A DNA stretch of 32,000 nucleotides from Candidatus Brocadia sp. GTDB lineage: Bacteria > Planctomycetota > Brocadiia > Brocadiales > Brocadiaceae. The stretch covers positions 3,060,001-3,092,000 of the forward strand of contig CP091279.1 of assembly GCA_021650915.1 (NCBI GenBank), written 5' to 3'. The notes under the pieces are model-generated. The model saw nothing but the letters and a program-made list of their open reading frames with translations. It searched no databases and was not told the DNA's origin. Below, piece after piece: positions 17,434-26,240 of this stretch (its first letter is position 1; every line of letters begins with the position of its first letter). The translations under genes were made by a program, and so were the position numbers.

Positions 17434-17606
17434 ATGATAATTGACGGGGAGACAGTCCTACAGCGATAGAGAAGACTGAAACGACATACCATTGGAGATA
17501 AAGCAGGCGTCGTCATTGCTTTTATTTTCCTGAATATAGAAAAAAATCACGGATGATAAACCGAGAAACGCCGGCTATCATTCCGACAGGTTGTTTTCGT
17601 TTCCCG

Positions 17607-19097
17607 TTACCGTAGCCACCCCAAAAATTTTTCAACGTCATTAAAAAAAATCCTGGGGTTATGGAAATAGATATTGCTTCTGGCTTTTGCCCTTTCAAGA
17701 ATGCGCATTACGCCCTTATTATAAGCATGAAAGGCGTCTTTTGCTTCATTCTCCAGGGTTGTAAAATGCTCATAATCCATGGTACCAACTCTTCGCCTAA
17801 TATTCCTGAGATAATAATCACTTGGTATATGGGTAAAAAATTCCTCGTATGTCATCTCGCTTTTTACCAAACCATGTTCGACCCCTATGTCAAAAAGCCT
17901 CGTTCCGGGAAAGGGCTCGTAGACGCCGATTGAGGCAAAACTGGGGCGTATTTTATATAATAAATCCAGCGTCTTTTTCACGTCCTCTTCAGTCTCCGTC
18001 GGTATACCCAGCATAAAATATGCAGTCCAATGAATTCCCGCTTCCCGGAAAAGTCTTGCCGCCTCATGGATGCGTTTCAAGGAAATCCCTTTGTCCATCA
18101 ATGCCAATATTCTCTCACTTCCTGATTCTATTCCCACTTTGATGCTGTTGCAACCCGCTTTTTTCATCGTCCTCAAAAGTTCCAGATCAACTAAGTCCAC
18201 CCGTGTATTGCAGTCCCAATTGATTTTTAGTCCCGCCTCAAGCAATATGTCACAAAATTCCACAACTCTTTTCCTGTTAACCGTAAAGGAATCGTCTTTA
18301 AAGGTGAACTGACGGGTTCCGAAACGAAGGTGTACCTCCCTGATTTCTTCTACAATATTTGCCAGCGACCGATACCGCACCTTTCTGGTCCATATTTGCG
18401 TTGCGCAATAAGAACAACGATAGGGGCAGCCGCGACTTCCCATGAGCAAACCCATGTCCTCAGAAGTATAGGTATCCAAACCCAGGAAGCTTTCTCTGTC
18501 CGGAAACGGAAGATCATCTAAATTATCAATAAAACTGCGCGGAGAATTATGGATTTGGGCGTCACCCTGCCGATAAGAAAGTCCCCGAATTTCACTGAAA
18601 GTATGATCCTTTGCACGCAAGGCATTTACCAGCTCGAGCATTACAGACTCGCCCTCTCCGTTTATCACAAAATCAACATCTCTGGTATTTTTCAGTATCT
18701 CATTAGCCCTCAAGGTTGCATGGGGACCACCGAAGATAACGGTGCAATCAAGGTTGTACTGTTTAGCCAGAGAGGCGATAGTAAAGGCGGAAGCTGTCTT
18801 CGGGGTCATAACCGTTATGCCGATGATATCCGGTTGATATTTCCGAAAAGTTTCAGAAATCTCTTTTATGATGGGATTCTCCGGATTTTTCAATTCTCTC
18901 AGATAGATGCGATATTTTTCAGGCAATCGCGTGTAATCCATTCCCCGTGAATCTTTATTGCAATCAGCGTCGTAAATTATGACCTTATGCCCTGCTTTCT
19001 TCAGCGCAGAGGACAGATAGCTCAGGCCCAAAGGGAAATATCGATTGTAATAATTGAAAAAGCGGTAAAAAGGCGGGTCTATAAGAAGGATGTTCAT
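17607..19097 (-). CDS. B12-binding-domain radical SAM protein (class B)
   Basis: The track ORF starts at 19214. The ATG at 19097 gives MNILLIDPPF, the usual start of the B12-binding domain. The domain continues with the FPLGLSYLSSALKKAGH and GGPHAT segments. The radical SAM cluster motif is CPYRCSYC. The 39-aa upstream extension is Pro/Lys-rich with no homology signal. Confidence 0.9.
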   Translation of the reverse strand: MNILLIDPPFYRFFNYYNRYFPLGLSYLSSALKKAGHKVIIYDADCNKDSRGMDYTRLPEKYRIYLRELKNPENPIIKEISETFRKYQPDIIGITVMTPKTASAFTIASLAKQYNLDCTVIFGGPHATLRANEILKNTRDVDFVINGEGESVMLELVNALRAKDHTFSEIRGLSYRQGDAQIHNSPRSFIDNLDDLPFPDRESFLGLDTYTSEDMGLLMGSRGCPYRCSYCATQIWTRKVRYRSLANIVEEIREVHLRFGTRQFTFKDDSFTVNRKRVVEFCDILLEAGLKINWDCNTRVDLVDLELLRTMKKAGCNSIKVGIESGSERILALMDKGISLKRIHEAARLFREAGIHWTAYFMLGIPTETEEDVKKTLDLLYKIRPSFASIGVYEPFPGTRLFDIGVEHGLVKSEMTYEEFFTHIPSDYYLRNIRRRVGTMDYEHFTTLENEAKDAFHAYNKGVMRILERAKARSNIYFHNPRIFFNDVEKFLGWLR

Positions 19098-19483
19098 ATA
19101 CTTCCCTTCAATTCCGTTGTCAGGTCGCTTTGCTGAGTTTGGAATCGTCCTTTTCGGTTTCTCCCGATGGGGAGCGTTAAATGACGGGAGTTGAAAGAAA
19201 ATCGATGTAAGCAAAAAATCACATGCCGCTAATTTCGCCTGGCACGTTTATGACGACTACGTTGCAATCGGATTCTACGCCGCAGATTCAGCCATAATCA
19301 TAGACAGACGTCTGTATTATGATATCAGAAATTACAAACTCCACGTGGCTATTCTCTTGATAAACAGTCCTTGTGTCAGGCAACGAAAATGCACTCTGTT
19401 TAAGGGTAGCATTTCTCCTTTTCCAGGACATACCATTTACGAGGAGACATCATCTGAAACGAAACGTATGGGGCGACGTAACC

Positions 19484-20629
19484 TTATTTTTTGCTGACGA
19501 GCAATGACTGCACGGTAGAAAGCCCTTGCCCTAATTCGAAGCGATATCCGGCATCATAAAGCCCTTTTTCCAGGGCGGCAATGGCGACAATAACGTCAAA
19601 ATCATTTACATAGCCCATGTGGCCAATCCTGACAATCATTCCCTTTAACTCATCCTGACCTCCCGTGAAGGTTACCCCGGTTTCATCCCTTAATTTTTTA
19701 ATGATCTTATCGATGTCGATCCCTTTCGGCGCCTTGATTGCGGTTAATACATTGCTTGCATATTCTCCTGCAAACAGTTCCAGGCCAAGCGCTTTTGCGC
19801 CTTCCCTTGTGGCGTGAGCAAGGCGTGCATGCCTCTTCCAGACATTCTCAATCCCTTCTTTCTTGATCATATCCATGGCCGTTTTCATCGCCATGACGAG
19901 GGAAACTGCAGGAGTGAAAGGCGTTGTTTTGTCTTTTAACTCTTTTCTCATCTTCCTGAAATCCCAATAATATCTGGGCAAGCCTGCTTTTTCAATAACC
20001 GCCCAGGCGCTGCTGTTCACACAAACGAAGGCAAGCCCTGGCGGCATCATACACCCTTTTTGAGAACCGGTAATGGCAACGTCTATGTTCCATTCGTCCA
20101 TCATGAATGGATGAACGCCGATGCCTGTGATGGAGTCAACAACCATAAGCGCACCGTATTTCTTCACGATTGATGCAATTGACTTTATATCGTGCACGAC
20201 ACCCGTGGATGTCTCGCATTGGGTAGTAAAGACTGCAGTAATTCCTGGTGTTTTTTTAAGCGCCGCCTCAATATCCGCCGGATTTACCGCCTTGCCGTTT
20301 TCAACGCAAATGGAAATAGGTTCAATGCCAAAACAGGCGCATAATTCTGCCCATCGTTCACCGAATTTTCCACTGACTACTACCAAAGCCTTGTTGCCGT
20401 GTGACAAAACGTTCGCAACGCACGCCTCCATAGCACCCGTTCCGGAAGACATAAGGGTAAATACTTCTCCGGTCTTTGTCTGGAATAAGTATTTTAAATC
20501 CTCGCTCAGTTCATAAAAGATTTGCGAAAACTGCGGTGTCCGGTGATGGATCATCGTTTGTGCCTCGGCCAATGCAACTTCCGGCGGCACCATAGTCGGG
20601 CCAGGGGTAAAGAGGTAGTTTTTTTTCAT
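19484..20629 (-). CDS. class-V aminotransferase (alanine-glyoxylate / serine-pyruvate aminotransferase family)
   Basis: N-terminus MKKNYLFTPGPT. PLP-lysine context ITGSQKGCMMPPGL. The ATG at 20629 has AAAGGA 8 nt upstream; the track start at 20635 has the same SD only 2 nt away. Confidence 0.92.
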   Translation of the reverse strand: MKKNYLFTPGPTMVPPEVALAEAQTMIHHRTPQFSQIFYELSEDLKYLFQTKTGEVFTLMSSGTGAMEACVANVLSHGNKALVVVSGKFGERWAELCACFGIEPISICVENGKAVNPADIEAALKKTPGITAVFTTQCETSTGVVHDIKSIASIVKKYGALMVVDSITGIGVHPFMMDEWNIDVAITGSQKGCMMPPGLAFVCVNSSAWAVIEKAGLPRYYWDFRKMRKELKDKTTPFTPAVSLVMAMKTAMDMIKKEGIENVWKRHARLAHATREGAKALGLELFAGEYASNVLTAIKAPKGIDIDKIIKKLRDETGVTFTGGQDELKGMIVRIGHMGYVNDFDVIVAIAALEKGLYDAGYRFELGQGLSTVQSLLVSKK

Positions 20630-20700
20630 ACGCATTATCCTTTCGTTGCTCGGGAGATCTCCCTTATAGGCAAATCAATGGTAAAGAAAAATAAAAAATT

Positions 20701-20728
20701 ATTATATGAAAATGAAAAAAAGAGTCAA
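20701..20728 (-). promoter_or_regulatory. candidate sigma70-type promoter for the aminotransferase gene
   Basis: The minus strand reads TTGACT (20728..20723), a 16-nt spacer, then TATAAT (20706..20701), about 70 nt upstream of the ATG at 20629. Confidence 0.45.
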
Positions 20729-20755
20729 GGATTAAACGGTGGGGGAGAGTGTGAA

Positions 20756-21547
20756 TCATGGAAATAAAGAGTCGTGCCCCGCGCCAGGGTCCTTCGCAGT
20801 CGCCAGGATCAGCAGATGAACAGACCTGGCGCCGGATTGTTTTAGTTTTTTCGCACACTCTGCTGCAGTTACGCCGGTAGTTAATACATCATCCACCAGC
20901 AATATCCTCTTTTCCCGAAATGATTCTGGATCATTTACCCGAAATGCATTCCAGATGTTTACCTGTCTCTGCCTTTTTGATAACTGGGTCTGTGACGCTG
21001 TATTTCTAATGCGGCAGAGATTATTCGTAGAAACTGGTTTTGAAAAATATCGCTGAATCCCCTGTGCCAAAAGTTCTGATTGATTAAAACCCCGGCGCAT
21101 CTTTTTCATCCAATGAAGAGGCACTGGCACGATGACATCAATGTTTGGAATAATCTCCTTTACGGCATTCTGTGACAGCATGATATCGTTGAGCGTATGA
21201 AATAAGAATTTTTGCCCCGAATACTTAAACTTATGTATCAGGGTTTTTATAACGCCTTCATAATAGGTAACAGAGATTGCCGTGGTGAAGGGGAGGCGTC
21301 TGCCTTCACATTGCATACAACCTTCCGGCGCCGTTGAAATGCCGTGTGGTCCCAGAGCGGCTCCACATCGGATACAATGAGCAGCGCGGACATAAGAAAT
21401 TCGTTTTGTGCAATCCGCGCAGAGATAGAGGTCGTATGAACTGTTTAAATTGCTGTTGCAATGGAGACATGACCGGGAATAGAAGATATCTAAAAAGGCA
21501 TGGAGATATTCATGGACAACCATGTCATTTTCCCTCTCGCGAAACAT
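20756..21547 (-). CDS. comF: ComF family protein (phosphoribosyltransferase-domain)
   Basis: N-terminal Cys-rich zinc-finger region (CLHCNS...CADC, CIRCG...CMQC). C-terminal PRTase motif ILLVDDVLTTGVTAAEC. The start could be 21547 or the ATG at 21523, which follows GAGAGGGA. Confidence 0.8.
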   Translation of the reverse strand: MFRERENDMVVHEYLHAFLDIFYSRSCLHCNSNLNSSYDLYLCADCTKRISYVRAAHCIRCGAALGPHGISTAPEGCMQCEGRRLPFTTAISVTYYEGVIKTLIHKFKYSGQKFLFHTLNDIMLSQNAVKEIIPNIDVIVPVPLHWMKKMRRGFNQSELLAQGIQRYFSKPVSTNNLCRIRNTASQTQLSKRQRQVNIWNAFRVNDPESFREKRILLVDDVLTTGVTAAECAKKLKQSGARSVHLLILATAKDPGAGHDSLFP

Positions 21548-21605
21548 AAAAATAACGACTCAGCAAAAGGAAAACCCCCGAATCCATTTGCCCCTATTTG
21601 ACATG

Positions 21606-22679
21606 CTACATCCGCATCATATCAAAAAATAGCAATCCTACCGACCCAAAGATAACGTGAGGTAACCATGCTGCCAATATGGGGTGAAGCGCCCCGATAT
21701 TTCCAAGGCTGGAACATATGAAAGACAAGGCATAAAAAATGCCGCAGATTAAAACACACAACCCCACGCGGAGAAATAAATTTCTGCTTAATCGTTCGAA
21801 TCCGACAACGAGCGGTATGCCGAGCAAGAGCAGTACAAAGTGTGTCAGGGTGTAGGCAATCCTTGAATGGAACAGCACCCGGTTTCTTGGATTATTTGGC
21901 TCGTTTTCACACAGTTCTTTCAGTTGTTCAAAATTCAACAAGCTGGGGTCAAGTTTTATTTCCCCCAGTTCCGATGGCGTTATGGTGGACGTAAACTCAA
22001 AACTGTCCAGTTGTTCTATGGGTGCAACCCATTTTCCTTGTTCATTATAAACGTGTCTTATTGCCTTATTCAGCAACCAGGTATTATTTCCCAGCCACCG
22101 GCCTTCATCGGCGCTGATAGTAAATTTCTTTTTTTTGTTTTCATATCGCCCCAGGATAAATACCGATTGCATGGTTTGCGTTTTCTTATGGTATCTCCAG
22201 ATACGAACTAAGTTGCCGTTTTCCTTGTCGTCCACTAGGATATTTTTACTGACGTTATCGTCGAAAGCAGTTTGCTGTAAGGTTTCGAGCCTTTCTGCAA
22301 ACCGTGGAATAATCCATTCCTGATCCCCAAATGAGGCAAAGGACATGAATACGGTAATAATAAAGATAGGGGCTAAAATCCGGTACAAGGAGATACCGGC
22401 TACCTGCATCGCCAGGATTTCTCGGTTTTTTGATAACCTTACGAGGACGATACCGACCGCAACCAAGGTAATGGCAGGAAAAAACTGGAAAATGATGACA
22501 GGAAAGAGGTACAGGTAATAACGTATTCCCGTGCCAAAAGCATCACCCCCCATATCCACAAATTCACCCAGTTTTTGCAGGAGATCGGCAATGATATAAA
22601 TTCCGGAAATAATGAGGAGGCAGATGAAGAACGTCGGAATAAAAGCCTTTAAGATATAGTTGTCAAGCCGGGAAAACAT
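21606..22679 (-). CDS. LptF/LptG-family (YjgP/YjgQ) permease
   Basis: The track ORF (to 22796) overlaps folK. The ATG at 22679, 4 nt after the folK stop, gives MFSRLDNYILKAFIPTFFICLLII, the canonical LptF/G N-terminus. Topology is 3 TM, a periplasmic domain, then 3 TM. Confidence 0.85.
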   Translation of the reverse strand: MFSRLDNYILKAFIPTFFICLLIISGIYIIADLLQKLGEFVDMGGDAFGTGIRYYLYLFPVIIFQFFPAITLVAVGIVLVRLSKNREILAMQVAGISLYRILAPIFIITVFMSFASFGDQEWIIPRFAERLETLQQTAFDDNVSKNILVDDKENGNLVRIWRYHKKTQTMQSVFILGRYENKKKKFTISADEGRWLGNNTWLLNKAIRHVYNEQGKWVAPIEQLDSFEFTSTITPSELGEIKLDPSLLNFEQLKELCENEPNNPRNRVLFHSRIAYTLTHFVLLLLGIPLVVGFERLSRNLFLRVGLCVLICGIFYALSFICSSLGNIGALHPILAAWLPHVIFGSVGLLFFDMMRM

Positions 22680-22683
22680 ACCT

Positions 22684-23163
22684 TTATGTGATAACTGATA
22701 ATGAAGTTTGGAGTTCCTGATATAACTGGTACATAGTTTTTTGTAACCGGGGATGCACTGCGTTAGGCGCAATCTCAACCAGCGGTTCGAGAACAAATAA
22801 CCGCGTATGCATCAGGGGATGCGGTATTGTCAGCCGATCGTCATCAATGATTTCATCACCGTAGAGCAAGATATCAATATCAATAGTTCTGGGTCCCCAT
22901 TTTACCGTACGGATTCTGCCCATAAGGGCTTCAATATGTTGAAATCGTTCAAGCAATTGATGCGGGGACAGAAGGGTGTTTATGCCAAGGACGGCGTTTA
23001 AAAACATCGGCTGCCGCGGGCCACCTACCGGTGCCGTTTCATAAAACAGCGAACAGCTCACGGGTTGTATTCCCTGGGTAGCGCGAATATGTTTGCATGC
23101 CGTGCGCAGATTGCCCTCTCTGTTTCCCATGTTTGAACCTAATCCAACATATACCGGTATCAT
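22684..23163 (-). CDS. folK: 2-amino-4-hydroxy-6-hydroxymethyldihydropteridine diphosphokinase
   Basis: The track ORF (to 23301) overlaps the upstream radical SAM gene. The ATG at 23163 gives MIPVYVGLGSNMGNREGNL. Also present: YETAPVGG, KWGPRTIDIDILLY and IPHPLMHTRLFVLEPLVEIAP, all HPPK hallmarks. Confidence 0.9.
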   Translation of the reverse strand: MIPVYVGLGSNMGNREGNLRTACKHIRATQGIQPVSCSLFYETAPVGGPRQPMFLNAVLGINTLLSPHQLLERFQHIEALMGRIRTVKWGPRTIDIDILLYGDEIIDDDRLTIPHPLMHTRLFVLEPLVEIAPNAVHPRLQKTMYQLYQELQTSLSVIT

Positions 23164-23215
23164 AAGGGTTTTTAGCCTGTTTTTTGAGACAAATTTCAAA
23201 ATTCTTTGTGAAGAT

Positions 23216-25063
23216 TTATGCTGCACAGAAATTCTGAGAACGTGCGCAGCTTCCGCACTCCGGGCATACATCGGTACGGCAATCAGGGGTAACTTCCTCA
23301 TGAAAAGACCTCTGCCTTTCCTGCACGAGAAAAGGCTTTACCACGCCGCAACTGATATGATCCCACGGGAATACCTCATCATCACCCCTTTGCCGGTGTA
23401 CGTAAAAAGCCCAGTCTACCCCCGCCTTTTGAAAGGCTTCCATCCATTTTTGAAAGTGGAAATGCTCTTCCCACGCATCAAATTTACAGCCATCCTGCCA
23501 TGCCTGATAAATGACCTTCCCTAATCTTCTGTCTCCCCTTGCAAAGATACCTTCCAGAATACTGCGTTCCGCATTGTGGAATTTGATGCGAATACATTTG
23601 CGCCGGATCCGGTCAAACAATCGGTTTCGTATCTCTTTTATCCGTTGAAGGGTAACCATCGGATGCCATTGGAACGGCGTATGCGCCTTTGGCACAAACG
23701 GCGCAATGCTGATGTTAACTTGTCCAAAATTACCGCTGATCTCTTTTTTCAATTCAGAGACTTTGTAGGCGAGTCTTGCGATGGCATCAATATCATCATC
23801 TGTCTCCGTAGGAAGTCCAACCATAAAATAAAGTTTTACCAGATTCCAACCTTGTTTAAATGCCTCTCCGACACCCTTGCAGAGGTCTTCGTCGGTAATA
23901 TCTTTATTGATGATCCTCCGCAGGGTCTGCGTTGCAGCCTCCGGCGCCAGGGTGAGTCCGGACTTCCGGACAACGTTCAGCAGGGAAGGTAAAAGAATAA
24001 GCTGCTCATTCACCCGGAGGGAAGGGAAAGAAATATTCACCTGCCTTGGATGAAATGCCCTGTTCATCTGCTCCATGAGGGCTGATAAGGCCGGATAGTC
24101 GCTAATGGAAAGAGATGCCAGAGAAATCTCATTATGCCCTGTATTCGCGTAACAAAGTTCGGCCAGCCTGACGATGTTTTCTACCGTGCGGGGCCGTGTT
24201 GGCCGCTTACTCATGCCGGCCTGGCAAAAACGGCATCCCTGGGTACAGCCGCGCATAACCTCAATCGTGATCCGGTCATGAACTGTTTTTACATAAGGCA
24301 CAATCGGTTTTGTAGGAAAATAGGTTGTGTTTAAATCCTTTACCGATGCGGATTGGATGCGGGGTGACAGGCCATCGATCTTTGGCCGTATCTGCTGTAT
24401 GGTGTTGTTCCAGCCATAGGTAACATCGAATAATGACGGAACGTAGGCATTGTTCAGGGTTTTTGCTATGGAAATCAATTTTTCACTGCGGGAGAGTTTT
24501 CTCCGTTTCATGTCCTTCCACAAGGTAATAAGCTGTGGCAGGCATTCCTCCCCGTCTCCAACGAGAAAGATGTCAATGAAATCTGCCAGCGGCTCCGGAG
24601 AGATGGCGGCTGGTCCGCCGGCAATGACAAGTGGATCTGCTTCACTTCGTTCAGAGGCTATGACAGGAATACCTGAGAGACTCAGCATGTTTAAAATATT
24701 GGTATAGGAGAGTTCATATTGGATCGAAAAACCTATGATGTCGAACTCCCGCACAGGCGTATAAGTTTCAAGAGAAAAGAGGGGAATCTGGTGTTTTCTC
24801 ATCAGAGATTCCATATCATCTACCGGCGCAAAAACCCTTTCACAAACGGTATCTTCTCGTTCGTTGAGCAGTCCGTAAAGAATCTGGATACCGAGGTGAG
24901 ACATGCCGATGCTGTAGGTATCAGGGAATGCCAATACCATTTTTATCCTGCTATCAGTGTGTTCCTTAACGACGGAATTCCATTCCCCGCCAATATACTG
25001 TCCGGGCATTTCCACCAGGGGCAAGAGATTTTCTGTTATAAAGAGTTTTAAAGCATTCTTCAT
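23216..25063 (-). CDS. radical SAM protein, TIGR03960-like (uncharacterised family with N-terminal B12-binding-like domain)
   Basis: The 780-aa track ORF overlaps the adaptor gene. The ATG at 25063 gives MKNALKLFITENLLPLVEMPGQYIGGEWNSVVKEH, the family-typical start as I recall it. The cluster motif is CTQGCRFCQAG. Length is 615 aa. Confidence 0.88.
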   Translation of the reverse strand: MKNALKLFITENLLPLVEMPGQYIGGEWNSVVKEHTDSRIKMVLAFPDTYSIGMSHLGIQILYGLLNEREDTVCERVFAPVDDMESLMRKHQIPLFSLETYTPVREFDIIGFSIQYELSYTNILNMLSLSGIPVIASERSEADPLVIAGGPAAISPEPLADFIDIFLVGDGEECLPQLITLWKDMKRRKLSRSEKLISIAKTLNNAYVPSLFDVTYGWNNTIQQIRPKIDGLSPRIQSASVKDLNTTYFPTKPIVPYVKTVHDRITIEVMRGCTQGCRFCQAGMSKRPTRPRTVENIVRLAELCYANTGHNEISLASLSISDYPALSALMEQMNRAFHPRQVNISFPSLRVNEQLILLPSLLNVVRKSGLTLAPEAATQTLRRIINKDITDEDLCKGVGEAFKQGWNLVKLYFMVGLPTETDDDIDAIARLAYKVSELKKEISGNFGQVNISIAPFVPKAHTPFQWHPMVTLQRIKEIRNRLFDRIRRKCIRIKFHNAERSILEGIFARGDRRLGKVIYQAWQDGCKFDAWEEHFHFQKWMEAFQKAGVDWAFYVHRQRGDDEVFPWDHISCGVVKPFLVQERQRSFHEEVTPDCRTDVCPECGSCARSQNFCAA

Positions 25064-25238
25064 GGTGATGTATGATAATAGGTATCCGGGTAATAAGCAA
25101 GTCCTGCTTTGTGTTGCATGGTATTCAAGAACTGCGTTCTCTGAGGTGCAACTGGTGGCGAACGCTAAAAAACTTTGATCCGGTTTGTTTCTGCGTCTGT
25201 GCTCTGGGTGAAATACCCTGGAAGGCCTCCCTTCATTT

Positions 25239-26228
25239 TTATGAATGTGTTTCCTGGATTTCACCCCCGCTCTGTGGTAGTGTGCCAGACGGTGTAATGT
25301 GGTCTGGCGTTTCAATGAACACATCCATCTGTTGTCCGGGGAAAATCGGCAGGGCATCGGTTTCAATGCTATAAATGACCTGCAATACCCGCGTGTCAAC
25401 GCGTTCGGTGCTGTCGCCGGTGAGGGATTTTTTGGGAATGACGTATGGCTCGAAACGCACGAATTGTAAGGCGGTTTTAATCTCACGGTTCCCGCGTAAA
25501 AAAGCAAAGGCAGGTGTCTCCGGATGCACCCGCCACGCATCGTTTTCATCCACATCAACCCGGACGTTCAGGGGTTTTGTGTTGCCAAAGAGCATAAGCG
25601 GCGTTTGGGTAATTCCGGCGGGGGCAAACTCGCCCAGATGAATTTTTGACTGCAATACCTTGCCATTGTAAGGCGCCCGAACAATGCGCCGGTCAAGATT
25701 GATCTCCGTTTCCTTCACCTGTGCCTGGGCAGCGGCGACCTCGGCCCTGGCAAACGCCAGTTTTGCCTCGGCAGTCTCCACAGCATAACGGCGCCGGTCC
25801 AAGTCGTCAATGCTGATAACTTCTTTGCGTGACAAGAGGATAGCCCTTGTTAACTGATTTCTCAGGTCATTCAGTTGCGCCTTTTCTACCTTGACGTTTG
25901 CCCGTGCAACCCTCAACGCTGTTTGCCGTGTCACCAATTGCGCCTGCAGGTCCCGGTCCTCGATCTTAAACAACGGCTCGCCGGCCTTGACGTCACTACC
26001 TACCACGACATACACCTCAGATACCACTCCGGCAACAAGCGTCCCGATGGCGATATTTTCGGTATTCGCCTCCACGATTCCCGCACCGGCCACAGATGAT
26101 CGAAAGGGGGGCGCACCCGGATCTACCACCGGCGGTGATGGTGGTACCGTCTTGCTACTACTGACAACCGTCCATATGGCAAACCCTATTCCTACTACCG
26201 ATAGAACAGGGAGCAGATATTTTCTGAT
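25239..26228 (-). CDS. HlyD/DevB-family periplasmic adaptor subunit (start codon unresolved)
   Basis: The track ORF starts at GTG 26129. The 33 in-frame, stop-free codons upstream encode IRKYLLPVLSVVGIGFAIWTVVSS, a typical adaptor membrane anchor. AGGAGG (26243..26238) lies 8 nt before an ATC at 26228. The body carries the lipoyl, coiled-coil and beta-barrel signature (GVVSEVYVVVGSDVKAGEPLFKIEDRDL...). Confidence 0.8.
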   Translation of the reverse strand: MRKYLLPVLSVVGIGFAIWTVVSSSKTVPPSPPVVDPGAPPFRSSVAGAGIVEANTENIAIGTLVAGVVSEVYVVVGSDVKAGEPLFKIEDRDLQAQLVTRQTALRVARANVKVEKAQLNDLRNQLTRAILLSRKEVISIDDLDRRRYAVETAEAKLAFARAEVAAAQAQVKETEINLDRRIVRAPYNGKVLQSKIHLGEFAPAGITQTPLMLFGNTKPLNVRVDVDENDAWRVHPETPAFAFLRGNREIKTALQFVRFEPYVIPKKSLTGDSTERVDTRVLQVIYSIETDALPIFPGQQMDVFIETPDHITPSGTLPQSGGEIQETHS

Positions 26229-26240
26229 ACCTCTACCCTC

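Noticed and set aside
17512-17519. Extra GTCATTGC 8-mer in the rSAM/sugar-transferase spacer as a third repeat copy
   Set aside because: An 8-mer is expected about once by chance in 64 kb of two-strand sequence, and the flanks do not match the repeat arms.
19098-19214. 39-aa extension of the B12-rSAM ORF, plus similar extensions of rodA (29451-29591), lptF/G (22680-22796) and folK (23164-23301)
   Set aside because: These extensions overlap upstream genes or lack homology. Internal ATGs give canonical family N-termini and sensible intergenic spacing.
19297-19323. Imperfect palindrome ATCATA-g-ACAGAC|GTCTGT-at-TATGAT in the aminotransferase/rSAM spacer
   Set aside because: It is real in the sequence, but no U-run follows on either strand and it has no obvious relation to a start site. 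It is not interpretable without expression or conservation data.
19098-19483. Possible cobalamin riboswitch upstream of the B12-binding rSAM gene
   Set aside because: I looked for a B12-box-like core and the conserved GGUGAAA/GCCACUG-type elements on the minus strand. Only GCCACGTGG is present, with no surrounding riboswitch architecture.
25128-25140. AGAAC-tgc-GTTCT palindrome upstream of the TIGR03960 rSAM gene (Cheo-box-like)
   Set aside because: The spacer is 3 nt rather than the 4 nt of the GAAC-N4-GTTC LexA box. The arms are short and it is a single occurrence.
25064-25558. N-terminal 165 aa of the 780-aa track ORF (23216..25558)
   Set aside because: It overlaps the 3' end of the adaptor gene in another frame and has a biased, non-homologous composition. 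The family-typical N-terminus begins at the ATG at 25063.
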